Of a stretch of DNA of 64,000 bases, positions 10,701-22,700 are shown piece after piece. Every line of letters starts with the position of its first letter. Positions within the stretch are counted from its first letter, which is position 1. A program made the position numbers and the translations under genes. The notes below the pieces were generated by a model. That model was not told the DNA's origin. It made no database searches and was given only the letters and a program-made list of their open reading frames with translations. Source of the DNA: Squalus acanthias (taxonomy: Eukaryota); contig CM059432.1 in the NCBI GenBank assembly GCA_030390025.1, positions 496,001-560,000 of the forward strand, written 5' to 3'.

Positions 10701-13700
10701 CTGGATATAAAAAGCTGGTATCGGTAAAAGTGACTCAGGATGTTGTAAAAACCCATCTGGTTCACTGATGTCCTTTTTAGGGAAGGAAACCTGCTGTCCT
10801 TACCCGGTCTGGGCCTATATGTGACTCCAGTCCCACATCAGTGTGGTCGACTCCAATGTTCCCTCTAAATTTTTTTTTGGGTGCGCGGTCCCTTTAACGG
10901 GCTGCGGGACCCATTCAAATTTCCACGCATGCGCGGTTTTTCCATTTAAAAGTCAGTGAGCCGGCCTGCATGGGACAGTTCCAGACTCTCCAGCCAGGGG
11001 GAAACAACCTCTCAGCATCTACCCTGTCAATCCCCCATGGAATCTTTATGTTTCAATGAGATCACCTCTCATTCTTCGAAACTCCAGAGTGTATAGGCCC
11101 AATCTACTCCATCTCTCCTCATAGGACAGCCCCCTCAGCCCGGGATGAGAGAGAATTTTCCTCCCTCCCCTCCCTTTGTTCTTACGCTGACTAGTTAGTC
11201 ACTGACTCTGTGATCAGTGGAAATAGTTTTTTCCCTATTTGTTATCAAAGCGCCTCATATTTTGAACACCTCGCTCAGATTCTCTTGCTCTCCTTTGCTG
11301 TCGTGTAAAAAGCTTCGTTTTCTCCAGTCTTTGCTCACAACTGAAGTCTCTCTTTAGTGAGTTTCTTCTGTACCCTCTCCCTGGCCGTGATGTACTTGAA
11401 GCAGGGTGCTGAAAATTGAACGCGGTATTCTAACTGGTCTAACGAATGATTTGTATAGGTTTAGAATTAGCTCTCTGTTTTTGTACTCTACCTTAAAACT
11501 TAAAATCCCATTTGCTTTATTTTTTTTTTAACAGCTTGTCCTGACATTTAAAGATTAGTGTACCTGAACTCCTCAGTCTCTCTGCTTCTGTGCTCATTTC
11601 TTTGCTCTGTTCTTAACAGTTGAGACACTTTTTAACAAATGGTTTACTTTTAGCATTTCAGCATCTTTTACTGATGTGCGATGTTCACTAATTTTGTCGG
11701 TAACATGACATCGATATATTTTTAAGCATCTAGGTTTGGAGAGAGCACAGAGGAGATTTACCAGAATGGTACCAGGGATGAGGAACTTCAGTTATGTGGA
11801 GAGACTGGAGAAGCTGGGATTGTTCTCCTTGGAGCAGAGAAGGTTAAGGGGAGATTTGATAGAGGTGTTCAAAATCATGAAGGGTTTTGATAAGAGTAAA
11901 TAAGGAGAAACTGTTTCCAGTGGCAGAAGGGTCGGTAACCAGAGGACACAGATTGAAGATAATTGGCAAAAGAACCAGAGGGAGAGATGAGAAATGTTTT
12001 TACCCAGTGAGTTGCTGTGATCTGGAATGCGCTGCCTGAAAGGGCGGTGGAAGCAGATTCAATAGTAACTTTCAAAAGAGAATTGGATAAATACTTGAAA
12101 AGGAAAAATTTGCTGGGCCCTGGGGAAAGAGTGGGGGAGTGGGACTAATTGAAGAGATCGTTCAAAGAGCCGGCACAAGCACAAGGGGCTGAATGGCCTC
12201 CTCCTGTGCTGTATGGTTCTGTTATTTCTCGGGCACTGTGCTACACATGGAGTGCATAAATAATCACCCTAGATCAGTGAATTCAAGCACTATCTGTTCA
12301 TATACTTCATTGCATGGAACAGAATCATAGAATAGTACAGCACAGAATGAAGAATATGGAATGAAACTCCTTGTGATATTTATCATTCCTTACTAATTTC
12401 AATTAATAGTAAAGAGCTGGTGATTGACGTACTGTAAGAACCTTTACACAAGTTGGATGTGTTACTATTTTGCTGCAAGAAGCTACAGAATAAGTGTTTT
12501 AGGTATTTTTTCTAATGTATCCTTAAGGTTTTGTCTAAAGTATCTTTAGTTTATCAATTAATTTTTCTAACACAAGTGTTGAAAATCTTCCTGTGTTGAC
12601 AGATAAACCTTTGACAAATCCAAGACGAGGATTTGTGGGAAAGGGCAAAGAGATCACCACCAAGCACGATGAGGTGATGTGCGGCAGAAGGAACACTGCT
12701 CGCATGGAAAATGTAAGCATTTGTCTTTTTATTAATGTTTTACTTGTCATTAGAAAAAGAAAGACATGCATTTCTGCAGCGCCTTTCACGACCACCGGGT
12801 GTCCCAAAGCGCTTTACAGCCAGTGAAGTACTTTTGAAGTCACTGTTGTAATACAGAAAACGCAGCAGCCAATTTTCGCACAGCAAGCTCTCGCAAACAG
12901 CAATGTGACAATGACCAGATAATCTGTTTTGATGATGTTGATTGAGAGATAAATATTGACCGAGGAGAACTCTCCTGCTCTTTGAAATAGTGCCATGGTA
13001 TCTTTTACGTCCACCTGGGAGAGCAGATGGGGCCTCGGTTTAACATCTCATCCAAAAGATGGCACCTCCGACAGTGCAGCACTCCCTCAGTACTGCCCCT
13101 CCGACAGTGCAGTACTCCCTCAGTACTGCCCCTCCGACAGTGCGGCCCTCCCTCAGTACTGCCCCTCCGACAGTGCGGCGCTCCCTCAGTACTGCCCCTC
13201 CGACAGTGTAGCCCTCCGACAGTGAGGCCCTCCGACAGTGAGGCCCTCCGACAGTGAGGCCCTCCCTCAGTACTGCACTGGAGTGTCAGCCTAGATTTTT
13301 GTGCTCAAGTCTCGAGTGGGATTTGAACACACAGCCTTCTGACTCGGAGGCGAGGATGCTATCAACTGAGCCACAGCTGATAAAAGTTTTTTTTTTGGGT
13401 GGGGTGGAGTATGGTTGTTGCTTTTTATATTCGATTAACTTCCTGTCTCTACTCTTGCAAAGTGTAAATGCAGAAAAAATAGATATTAACAAGTATATGG
13501 TATGTACTATACTGGAAAAAATAGATATTTGTATAGCATGCACTATGAAAAATGTGAAACTTGCAGCTAACCATTTGCTTATCTTTAATCTGTCAGTGAG
13601 AACTCTCAGCTTTTTTTAAAGGAAGGAAGGGGAGTTTCCATTCACTGAACTGTAAAGGAGATCACGTGCAGTCCGCTCTCCGGCTTTTCCATTGTAAATA

Positions 13701-16700
13701 CCGTGCATGAACAGAAATTTAAAGGGACCGCGCATTAAAAGAAACAGATGGCACAGAACAAAGCGCAGCTTACAGGGGACATTGGATAAGACCAACGTTC
13801 CCTTTAATTTTTTTTGGGTGTGCTGCCCATTCAAAATAGCGTGCATGCACAGCTTTTCTTATTTAAAAGCCGATGAGAGGGCTGCGCGGAAGCTGCAGTG
13901 TGTTGCGTGGCCGCGCAGCTCAAAGAGAACATTGGATGAGACCCATCGATATTGCGCTGTAAGAATGACCTAGATGGTGCTACGTAAGCTTATTGTCTCC
14001 ATTTAATGATCCAAAAAATGTTTTTCCTTTTTAGTTTGCTCCAGAGTTCCAAGTTGGCGATGGAATCGGAATGGATTTGAAACTATCTAATCGTGTTTTT
14101 AATGCGTTGAAGCAGCATTCGTACTCTGAACAGCGTCGCAGTGCCAAGATTCACGAGAAGAAAGAGCATTCTACTTCTGTATGTCTCACTTTGTTAAGCT
14201 TTATAAATGCGACTGGTACTTATCATAGAATCAGCACAGGAGGAGGCCATTTGGCCCATCGTGCCTGTGCCGACTCTCTAAAAGAACTCTCATCAGTCTC
14301 ACTCCCCTGCTCTTTCCCCGTAGCCCTGCAAACTTTTCACCTTCACGTATTTGTCCAATTCCCTTTTTGAAAGTTACTATTGAATCTGCTTCCACCGCCC
14401 TTTCAGGCAGCGCGTTCCAGATCACAACAACTCACTGCGTTAAAAAAAATATATAATTCTCCTCGGCTCACCTCGGGCTCTTTTGCCAATTCTCTTAAAT
14501 CTGTGTCCTCTGGTCACTGACCCTCCTGCCAGTGGAAACAGTTTCTCATTATTTACTCTATCAAAACCCTTCATTGTGAACACCTCTATCAAATCTCCCC
14601 TTAACTTCCTCTGCTCTAAGGAGAACAACCCCAGCTTCTTCAGTCTCTCCATGTAACTGAAGTCCCTCATCCCTGGTATTCTGGTAAATCTCCCCTGCAC
14701 CCTCTTTCTAAGGCCTTGTTTAGGGAATGTTTGAAAATCTGCCCTCTGAAGTAATGGGGCCGCTGATCACCTTTCTGGCCTTAGGGGCCCTCAGCGGACT
14801 GTGCCGAACCTCTCCGAAACTGGATAGGGGGACAGCAGCAAGCTCTGTTTCTCAACTAACCTCCTTTCAAAGTACTTAACCTACAATTAATAAAACTTAC
14901 GTGATTAGTTGAGATTACACATTGTGCTTAAATGTTCTTTGTCGTCGTGTAATTGTACTAAATATTTTAAATCTCAATAAATCAGCCTTGGGAACGATGT
15001 TCCCTTTGAGCTGCATGGCCGCACAGAGCTCCAGGTGTCCCGTGCAGCCGGTGAGCCAGCTTTTAAATTGAAAAGAAAACCGCACATGCGCGGACTTTTG
15101 AATGGTTAAAGGGGCCGCGCGGCCCCAAAAAAATTACGGGGAGCATTGATTGGGAATATTTCTTAATCCACAGAAGTTAGAAAAAAATATTTAATTAGCT
15201 GAGACTCATGAATTCGTTTCTCGGAATATCCTTTCGTTGATTTCAGCACTAACTTTCAGTAACAGTTCCACTTCAAACCAGGCGTGATCTTGTCTGGAAG
15301 AACATGACGCCTTTTTTATTTTCGTCAACTATTTTATTTTTTAATCTTGATGTGCAAGTTTCTCTTGCGTCTTACGGTTCCGTTTTTAGAGAGGATGATT
15401 GTTTGCGATTGTAATCGTTGGACGTGATCGTAGGAACAGGAGGAGGCCATTCAGCCCCTCGAGCCTGTTCCGCCATTCAGTGAGATCATGGCTGATCTGT
15501 GTCCCAACTCCAGATACCCGCCTTTGGCCCAGATCCCTTAATACCTTTGGTTAACAGAAATCTACCAATCTCAGATTTAAAATTGCCAATTGATTTAACA
15601 TCAATTGCCTTTTACGGAAGAGAGTTCCAAACTTCCACACTCCTGAAAGGTCTGGCTCTAATTTTTAGACTCTGCCTCTAGTCCTAGATTCCCCCAACCA
15701 GCGGAAATAGTTTCTCTCTATCTGCTCCCCTTAATATCTTGAAAACTTCGATCAAATCACCCCTTAACCTTCTAAATTCTAGGGAATACAACCCTACTCT
15801 CTCCTCGTAACTTAACCCTTGGGGTCTGGGTATCATTCTGGTAAACCTACCCTGCACTCCCTGCAAGGACCAGTATGAATATGTTGGAACTGTTGATATG
15901 CTCCAGCCCCTATCTGGTCCAATGTTGAAATTACTAGCTGACTTACGATCAGCAGCTGATGGTTTAGAATGAGTAGCTTTATTTTTTTAAAGAAATGCTG
16001 TGCAATATTAAGCCAGATATTTTTCAGAGATAATTGAAATCCTCTTGTTTTCCCTGTTGTTGAGTCGACATCAAACATTTTGTACAGTCCGCCGTGATTT
16101 CAGTGTATTAATGCTTTTCACTGGAGGAAAGTTTCATGCTGAATTAAGGTGCGTGTCTGTGTTTATTGCCAGTCTGTTTTAAGGTGCTTAAAACAATGAC
16201 TTTGAATCGGAACTGCCCTCTCGTAAGACATTTAATGTAGTTTCAATCCACGCTGTCCGAGTCCCCGCTGTGAGCACTGGGGAAAGTCAACCGATAGTCA
16301 ATGTGATTGTGTTTTTTTCTTCTTTGAGTGACTTGAATTGCAACGTACTGGTTCACTTCAAAATCCTCCCTAAATTCCCATTTAAAAATTTTTATTGCAA
16401 TCTCAGGACCAAGCTGTCGACCCTAAAACCCGCTTGCTGCTGTACAAAATGGTGAATGCTGGGATCTTGGAAAGCATCAATGGCTGCATCAGTACAGGGA
16501 AAGAGTCTGTGGTCTTCCATGCTAATGGAGGAAGGTATGTACTCGTCCAAAAATATAAACCACTTTCCATTGAGGCTATAACTAATCAGGAACGGCTGAA
16601 CAGGCTGGGACTTCTTACTCTAGAAAAGAGAAGGCTGAGGGGATGACCTGATAGATGTGTTTTTTAAAAAAAAAAATGATGAAAGGGTTTAATAGGGTAG

Positions 16701-19700
16701 ACGTAGAGACGATGTTTCCACTTCTGGGGGGACCAGAACTAGGGGCTATCAATATAAGACAGTCACTAATAAATCCAATCGGAAATTCAGGAGAAACTTC
16801 CTTATGTGGAACTCGCTACCACAGGGAGTGGTTGAAAGAAAGACAGACTTGCATTTATATAGCGCCTTTCACGGCCACCGGACGTCCCAAAGCGCTTCAC
16901 AGGCAATGAAGTACTTTTTGAAGTGTAGTCACTGTTGTAATGTAGGCGTTGAGGCGAATAACAAGATGCATTTAAGGGGAAGCTAGATGAGAGAGAAAGG
17001 AACAGAAGGAGATGCTGATAAGGGTGAGATGAAGAGGGGGTGGGCGGAGGCTCGTGTGGAGCAGAAACACCGGCACGGAGCAGTTGGGTCGAATGGCCTG
17101 TTTCTGTGCAGTACATTGCATGTAGTCCTATGAAATAGAAGGACCCAAGTGGGTTTCTATTTAGTTCCTTGATTAGTTGGCGGTACATGTTCCATATAAC
17201 AGCTGCAGTTCTTGTTGAGTAGTGAATGTTGGCCATTGGGTATTTTGATAATAAATGGCCTGGAATTTGCGGTCAGCGGCGAACTAAAGGCGTTTGCCGC
17301 TGGCCCCGAAGAAAGCTGCCCACAAAGATCTCGCGATCTCTGTGGCGAGATATTTGCCTTTTTCGACGCGCAAGTGATTTCAGTGCAGTGTAGTGGGAAT
17401 CCCATAGTGCGATCTGCTCGGAATCGAGGGATATGGAGATCGGGCGGGAAAGTGGAGTTGAGGTCGATGATCACCCATGATCTTATTGAATGGCGGAGCA
17501 GGCTCGAGGGGCCGTATGGCCTACTCCTGCTCTTATTTCTCATGTTCTTATATTCTTGTGATGTCAGCAAGCTGTCTAAGCAGCCAATCACATTGCAGAA
17601 TGCTCACAGACAGGGAACCAGGAAATGAGAACCTGCTTTTATCCGGACTTTTTAATAATGTTCCAGAGAGCAAGACAAAGATCGGGGCTCTCACATGGGG
17701 ATAATATATATTTTTTTTAAAGTTTCTTAAAAGTTGTAATTTTTATCATAATGGAGAAATTTGACACTCCACAAAATTAAAATTGGTTTTTCAGGGCCAT
17801 AACGTTTGTTTAGCAGTCAATAGGTTGTTAAGATCCCAGTTACACCTAATCCAACAAGGCCTAACATTTAATGGGGTGTTTAACAGTGATAGCACGGAAA
17901 AGCCTAAGTTTTCACTGATTGCCGGCGTTGGGCGACGGGAGAGTATGCGGCGCAGGCAGGATCGGAGCAGTGAATGACTGACTGCAACTTCGGGATTTCC
18001 GCGTTTAGATGCTGACAGTTCGTCGTTATTACACACTACAACTTCCGGGCCGTTAAAATTACTGGCTGCAGAGATGATTCTTTCTATCACGAGCATAATG
18101 ATAACGGCGTTTCCTGCTGGCTCTTGCAGCATGAATTTTAACCTTTATCTCCAAGCTGCTGCTTTTCCTTTTTTTTAAATTAAAGCTGAAATCACTATTT
18201 GCACAGATTCATTTGTAGTTTATCCCTCTTTCTGCTTCTGTAGCATGGATGAGAAAATGGTTCCCGCAGAGTGTGCCATCAAAGTTTTTAAGACGACGCT
18301 TAATGAGTTCAAAAACCGCGATAAGTACATCAAGGACGATTACCGATTCAAAGACCGCTTTAGCAAGTTGAATCCTCGCAAAATCATCCGCATGTGGGCA
18401 GAAAAGGAAATGCACAACCTGGCCAGGTAGGGTCTCAATTTTCCTCATCGAAAGATTGATCTGAAGTTTGGTCGGAACTGGTTATGTTAGAGAGTGTTGT
18501 GTCCTTTCATTCTGTACCATTGCAGTTCCGCGCTTGCTTATTGCACATTTTTTAAATTCTGTCCCTTTTTATTACAGGTTAAATTGCAGTCACGTTGGCA
18601 GCGTAGGCTTAATTGCTGCAGTTTGCATGATGCATCATAAGAAATAGGAGCAGGAGTAGGCCCTTCGGTCTCTCGAGCCTGCTCCGCCATTCAATAAGAT
18701 CAAGGCTGATCAGATTTTGGCCTCAACTCCACTTTCCTGCCCACTCCCCATAACCCTCGACTCCCCTGTTGCTTAAAAAAATCTGTCAATCTCCGCCTTG
18801 AATATATTCAGTGACTCCGCCTCCACAGCTTTCTGGGGTAAAGAATTTCAAAGATTCACGACCCTCAGAGAAGAAAAGCATCAACAGCTGCTCCCACAGA
18901 TACTTTTTGGGGATTGGCTGATGTGAGGGGGGTTGCTGTCCAGAACTGAACGCAGTGCTCCAGATGGGGTCTAGCCAGAGCTTTATACAACTGTAGCATA
19001 ACTTCCACCCCTTTGCATTCCAGCCCCCTTGAGATGAAGGCTCACATTCCATTAGCCTTCTGATTATTTTTTTTGTCACTGTCAAAGCTCCTCCCCATGA
19101 TTTATTTTTAATTTTTCTCGTATCTCTGCTACGTTATCCTCTTTCCTCTACTGTGAAGACCGATGCAAAGCAACTATTGAGCCATTTCCTTACTTTCAAT
19201 TACAATATCAGCTTTTTTTTTTATTCGTTCATGGGATGTGGGCATTTCTGGCAAGGCCAGCATTTATTGCCCCTCCCTAATTGCCCTCTAGATGGTAATG
19301 GTGAGCCGCCTTCTTGAACCTCTGCAGTCTGTGTGGTGAAGGTGCTCCCACAGTGCTGTTAGGGAGGGAGTTCCAGGATTTTGACCCAGCGACGATGAAG
19401 GAGTGGCGATATATTTCCAAGTCGGGATGGTGTGTGACTTGGCGGGGAACTTGGAGGTGATGGTGTTCCATAGAAACATAGAAGATAGGAGCAGGAGTAG
19501 GCCATTCGGCCCCTCGAGCCTGTTCCGCCATTTAATGAGATCATGGCTGATCATCCAAATTCAGTACCCTGTCCCTGCTTTCTCCCCATATCCCTTGATC
19601 CCTTTAGCCTTAAGAAATATATCGAACTCCTTCTTGAATATATTTAATGAATTGGCCTCAACTGCCTTCTGTGGTAGAGAATTCCACAGGTTCACCACTC

Positions 19701-22700
19701 TCTGGGTGAAGAAATTCCTCCTCATCTCAGTCCTAAATGGCTTACCCCTTATCCTTAGACTGTGACCCCTGGTTCTGGACTCCCCCGCCATCGGGAACAT
19801 CCTTCCTGCATCTAGTCTGTCTAGTCCTGTTAGAATTTTATAAGTTTCAATGAGATCCCCCCTCATTCTTCTAAACTCTAGCAAATATAAGCCTAATCGA
19901 CCCAATCTCTCTTTATACGTCATTCCTGCCATCCCAGGTATCAGTCTGGTGAATCTTCGCTGAGCTCCCTCCATGGCAAGAACATCCTTCCTCAGATAAG
20001 GCGACCAAAACTGCACACACTACTCGAGGTGTGGTCTCACCAAGGCCCTGTACAACTGCAGCAAGACATCCTTGCTCCTGTACTTGAATCCTTTCGCTAT
20101 GAAGATCAACATACCATTTGCCTTCTTAACCGCCTGCTGCACCTGCATGCTTACCTTCAGTGACTGGTGCACAAGGACACCCAGGTCTCGTTGCATTTCC
20201 CCTTTTCCCAATCTATTGCCGTTCAGATAATCTGTCTTCCTGTTTTTGCCACCAAAGTGGATAACCTCGCATTTATCCACATTATACTGCATCTGCCCAA
20301 TCACCCAACCTGTCCAAATCATACTGGAGTTTCTCTGCATCCTCCTCACAGCACACACGCCCACCCAGCTTTGTGTCGTCTGCAAACTTGGAGATATTAC
20401 ATCTAGTTCCCTCGTCTAGATCATTAATATATATTGTGAATAGCTGGGGTCCTAGCACCGATCCCTGTGGTACCCAACTAGTCACTGCCTGCCACTCGGA
20501 AAAAGACCCGTTTATTCCAACTTTTTGCTTCCTGTCTGCCAACCAGTTCTCTATCCAAGTCAGTACCTTACCCCCAATCCCATGTGCTTTAACTTTGCAC
20601 GCTAATCTCTTATGCGGGACCTTATCGAAAGCCGTCTGAAAGTCCAAATACACCACATCCACTGGTTCTCCCTTATCTGTTCTACCAGTTACATCCTCAA
20701 AAAATTCCAGTAGATTAGTCAAGCATGATTTACCTTTTGTAAATCCATGTTGCCTTTGTCCAATCCTGTCACTGTTTTCCAAGTGCTCTGCTATTACATC
20801 TTTTATTATGGACTCTAGCATTTTCCTCACTACCGATGTCAGGCTTACCGTTTTCTCTCTACCACCTTTTTTAAATAGTGGGGTTACATTAGCTACCCTC
20901 CAATCCATGGGAACTGTTCCAGCGTCTATAGAATTTTGGAAGATGACCAGCAATGCATCTACTATTTCTAGGGCCACTTCCTTAAGTACCCTAGGATGTA
21001 GATTATCAGGCCCTGGGGATTTATCAACCTTCAATCCCGTCAATTTCCATTCGACTGTGTCTGTCTTTAAGGACCCACATTACCCGTAGCCACCCTCTTT
21101 CTCTTAATATACTTGTAAAAACTTTGTGTTGTCCTTGATATCCCTCACAAGCTTTTTCTGATTACCTATTTGCAGCTCTTACTTTCTTTGTATCTCTTTG
21201 TAGTTCTTTATATCTCTCCCAATCTGTGCGCTCTCTGCTGTTCTTTGCAGTTGTGCAAGCTTGATTGGCACCCCATCCACCACCTTAAACATTCACTCCC
21301 TCCACCACCGGCGCACCATGGCTGCAGTGTGTACCATCTACAAGATGCACTGCAGCACCTCCGAAACCCGCAACCTCTACCACCTAGAAGGACAAGGGCA
21401 GCAGGCGCATGGGAACATCATCACCTCCAAGTTCCCCTCCAAGTCACACATCATCCTGACTTAGAAGTATATCGGCTGATCCTTCATCGTCGCTGGGTCA
21501 AAATCCTGGAACTCCCTCCCTAACAGCACTGTGGGAGTATCTTCACCACACGGACTGCAGCGGTTCAAGAAGGCGGCTCACCACCACCTTCTCGAGGGCA
21601 ACTAGGGATGGGCAATAAATGCCGGCCTTGCCAGCGACGCCCAGATCCCATAAAAACGAATTTTAAAAAAAAAAGCCCTTTCTTTTAGTATTATACTATC
21701 TCGCACCCCTTTTGTTGACCAAGTTTGTTTATTTACACGACTTGAGCTCTTGCCCTTATAGGGTAACTATCCTCGTATGCTTTTGAATACCACTCCCAGC
21801 TTCATGGTGCTACCGTGTGCAAATTAAAATAGTCCAGATGCGTAATGAATAAAATGGCTTTTGTTCCTGCGTCCGGGCCCTTCCTACAAAGTCCCTATTT
21901 CCGTGACCACCTCCAGCCCGACAACCAATGTTCCCTCTTTTTTTTGGGGGGGTGCGCAGCTGCTTTAAGGGGCTGCGCGCCCCATTCACAGCTTATGCGA
22001 AACTTAACGTTGAAAAAGCCGGTCCCGGGCTGCGCAGCTTAAAGGGAACGTTGCCTACAACCCTCCGAGGTCTCTGCGCTCCTTCTATTCCGGCCTCTTG
22101 AGCATCCCCGATTTTAATTGCTCCACCATTGGCGGCCGTGCCTTCTGTTGCCTAGGCCCTAAGCTCTGGAATTCCCTCCCTAAACCTCGCTGTGCCTCTC
22201 TCCTTTTAAGATGCTCCTTAAAACCTAACTCTTTGACCAAGCTTTTGGTCACCTGTTCCAATATCTCCTTATGTGGCTCGGAGTCAAATTTTGTTTGATA
22301 ATCGCTCCTGTGAAGCACCTTGGGACGTTTTACTACATTAAGGGCGCTGTATAAATGCTAATTGTTGTTGTTGTGGCAGTTGCACAGTCTGATGCCCTTT
22401 TATTTATTCTGCAGAATGCAGAAAGTCGGAATTCACTGTCCGGAGGTGGTTATCCTTAAGAAGCATATTCTGGTGATGTCCTTCATAGGCCAAGATCACG
22501 TGGCAGCTCCTAAATTAAAGGAGGTTAGACTCAGCACCGAAGATATGAAACAGGCCTACTACCAGGTTTTGCATGTAAGCTATTTTTTCCTCTCTTCACA
22601 AGCTCAATTTGGCAGTGGTATGACAATGCTCTGCTGTTTCTAACAGGCCTGTGACTGACTCAAGTGTTGTGTCATTCAAAAGAATTGAAAATACATCGGC

